The notes beneath the pieces are model-generated. The model was not told the origin of the DNA. It saw nothing but the letters and a program-made list of their open reading frames with translations, and did no database searches. Below are positions 63,451-64,000 of a stretch of 64,000 nt of DNA, piece after piece (position 1 is the stretch's first letter; each line of letters opens with the position of its first letter). A program made the translations under genes and the position numbers. The stretch comes from Klebsormidium nitens. Lineage: Eukaryota > Plantae > Klebsormidiophyceae. The stretch is from NCBI GenBank assembly GCA_000708835.1, contig DF237016.1, forward strand, positions 181,852-245,851. The letters run 5' to 3'.

Positions 63451-63925
63451 TTCCCGACCGACCGACCCACCCAAAAGGGGGTAGGACCGGAACCCGGGAA
63501 TTGAATTCGACCCGCCTTAGGTAGTACGTACTTCACGGTACATACTACAGACGTTAGTACCTAGGTGCGGTAGTTACCTACAGGTACGTACAGTACTACC
63601 GTACCTACATTCTAGAGTACAACCTGTACGGCGTGCGCTGTACAAGTAGCTACTACCTACCGTGGAGCCAATGATACGGTACCGTCCGTACGAGAGGAGA
63701 CTAGGTAGGTATTGTGCGCACTGGCCGCGCTTTTGCCCAGCGAAGAAGGCACCCGTTCGACACGGACTCACCGTCGGAGTCATGCAATTCATGGAGTGCT
63801 CCAAATGACCCAAAAGCGGGACGTTTTGGCCAAAATACTGACTATATTTATTATTTTTCTCCAAAATCCTTCGGATTTTGGGTCGGTCGGGGACCGGAAA
63901 CCGGGATTTAACTTCGAGTCGCCTT
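63451..63925. repeat. Mixed direct and inverted repeats, probably transposon termini
   Basis: Direct GGACCGGAA(C/A)CCGGGA.TT.A..TTCGA..CGCCTT at 63484 and 63891; inverted CCCGACCGAC..CCCAAAA (63451-63476) versus TTTTGGGTCGGTCGGG (63876-63891). Confidence 0.55.
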
Positions 63926-64000
63926 GAGCTGCCCAAGAGTCACCCCCTCGCGGACAGTGCCACTTCGTCATCCCCTGCTGTACGCGAGCCCGCGCGCGCG

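Overview
Intron-rich eukaryotic nuclear DNA with GC-rich exons and more AT-rich introns and intergenic DNA. The gene content (land-plant-like nucleotide-sugar transporter and STK_N/USP protein plus a flagellar IFT-A gene) suggests a streptophyte green alga such as Klebsormidium; this is inference. Four host genes could be reconstructed exon by exon with consistent splice phases: a USP/STK_N-like coiled-coil protein (<1-4402, -), a CMP-sialic-acid-transporter-like SLC35A gene (9663-14096, -), WDR35/IFT121 (29712-40880, -), and a histidine-phosphatase + symporter-like membrane domain + EF-hand fusion gene (51745-60013, -). Also present are an intronless ankyrin-repeat gene, two unknown genes, and a spliced Crypton-like tyrosine-recombinase element with NDC10_II and GCR1_C-like domains and premature stops (42020-48282, +). 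Small TIR elements include one with an exact 8-bp TSD and a nested pair. Other structures are a perfect 44-bp hairpin, an array of 15-bp palindromes, intronic copies of splice junctions in two genes, five GC-AG introns and three assembly gaps. All family assignments come from motif recognition by eye, not database searches.
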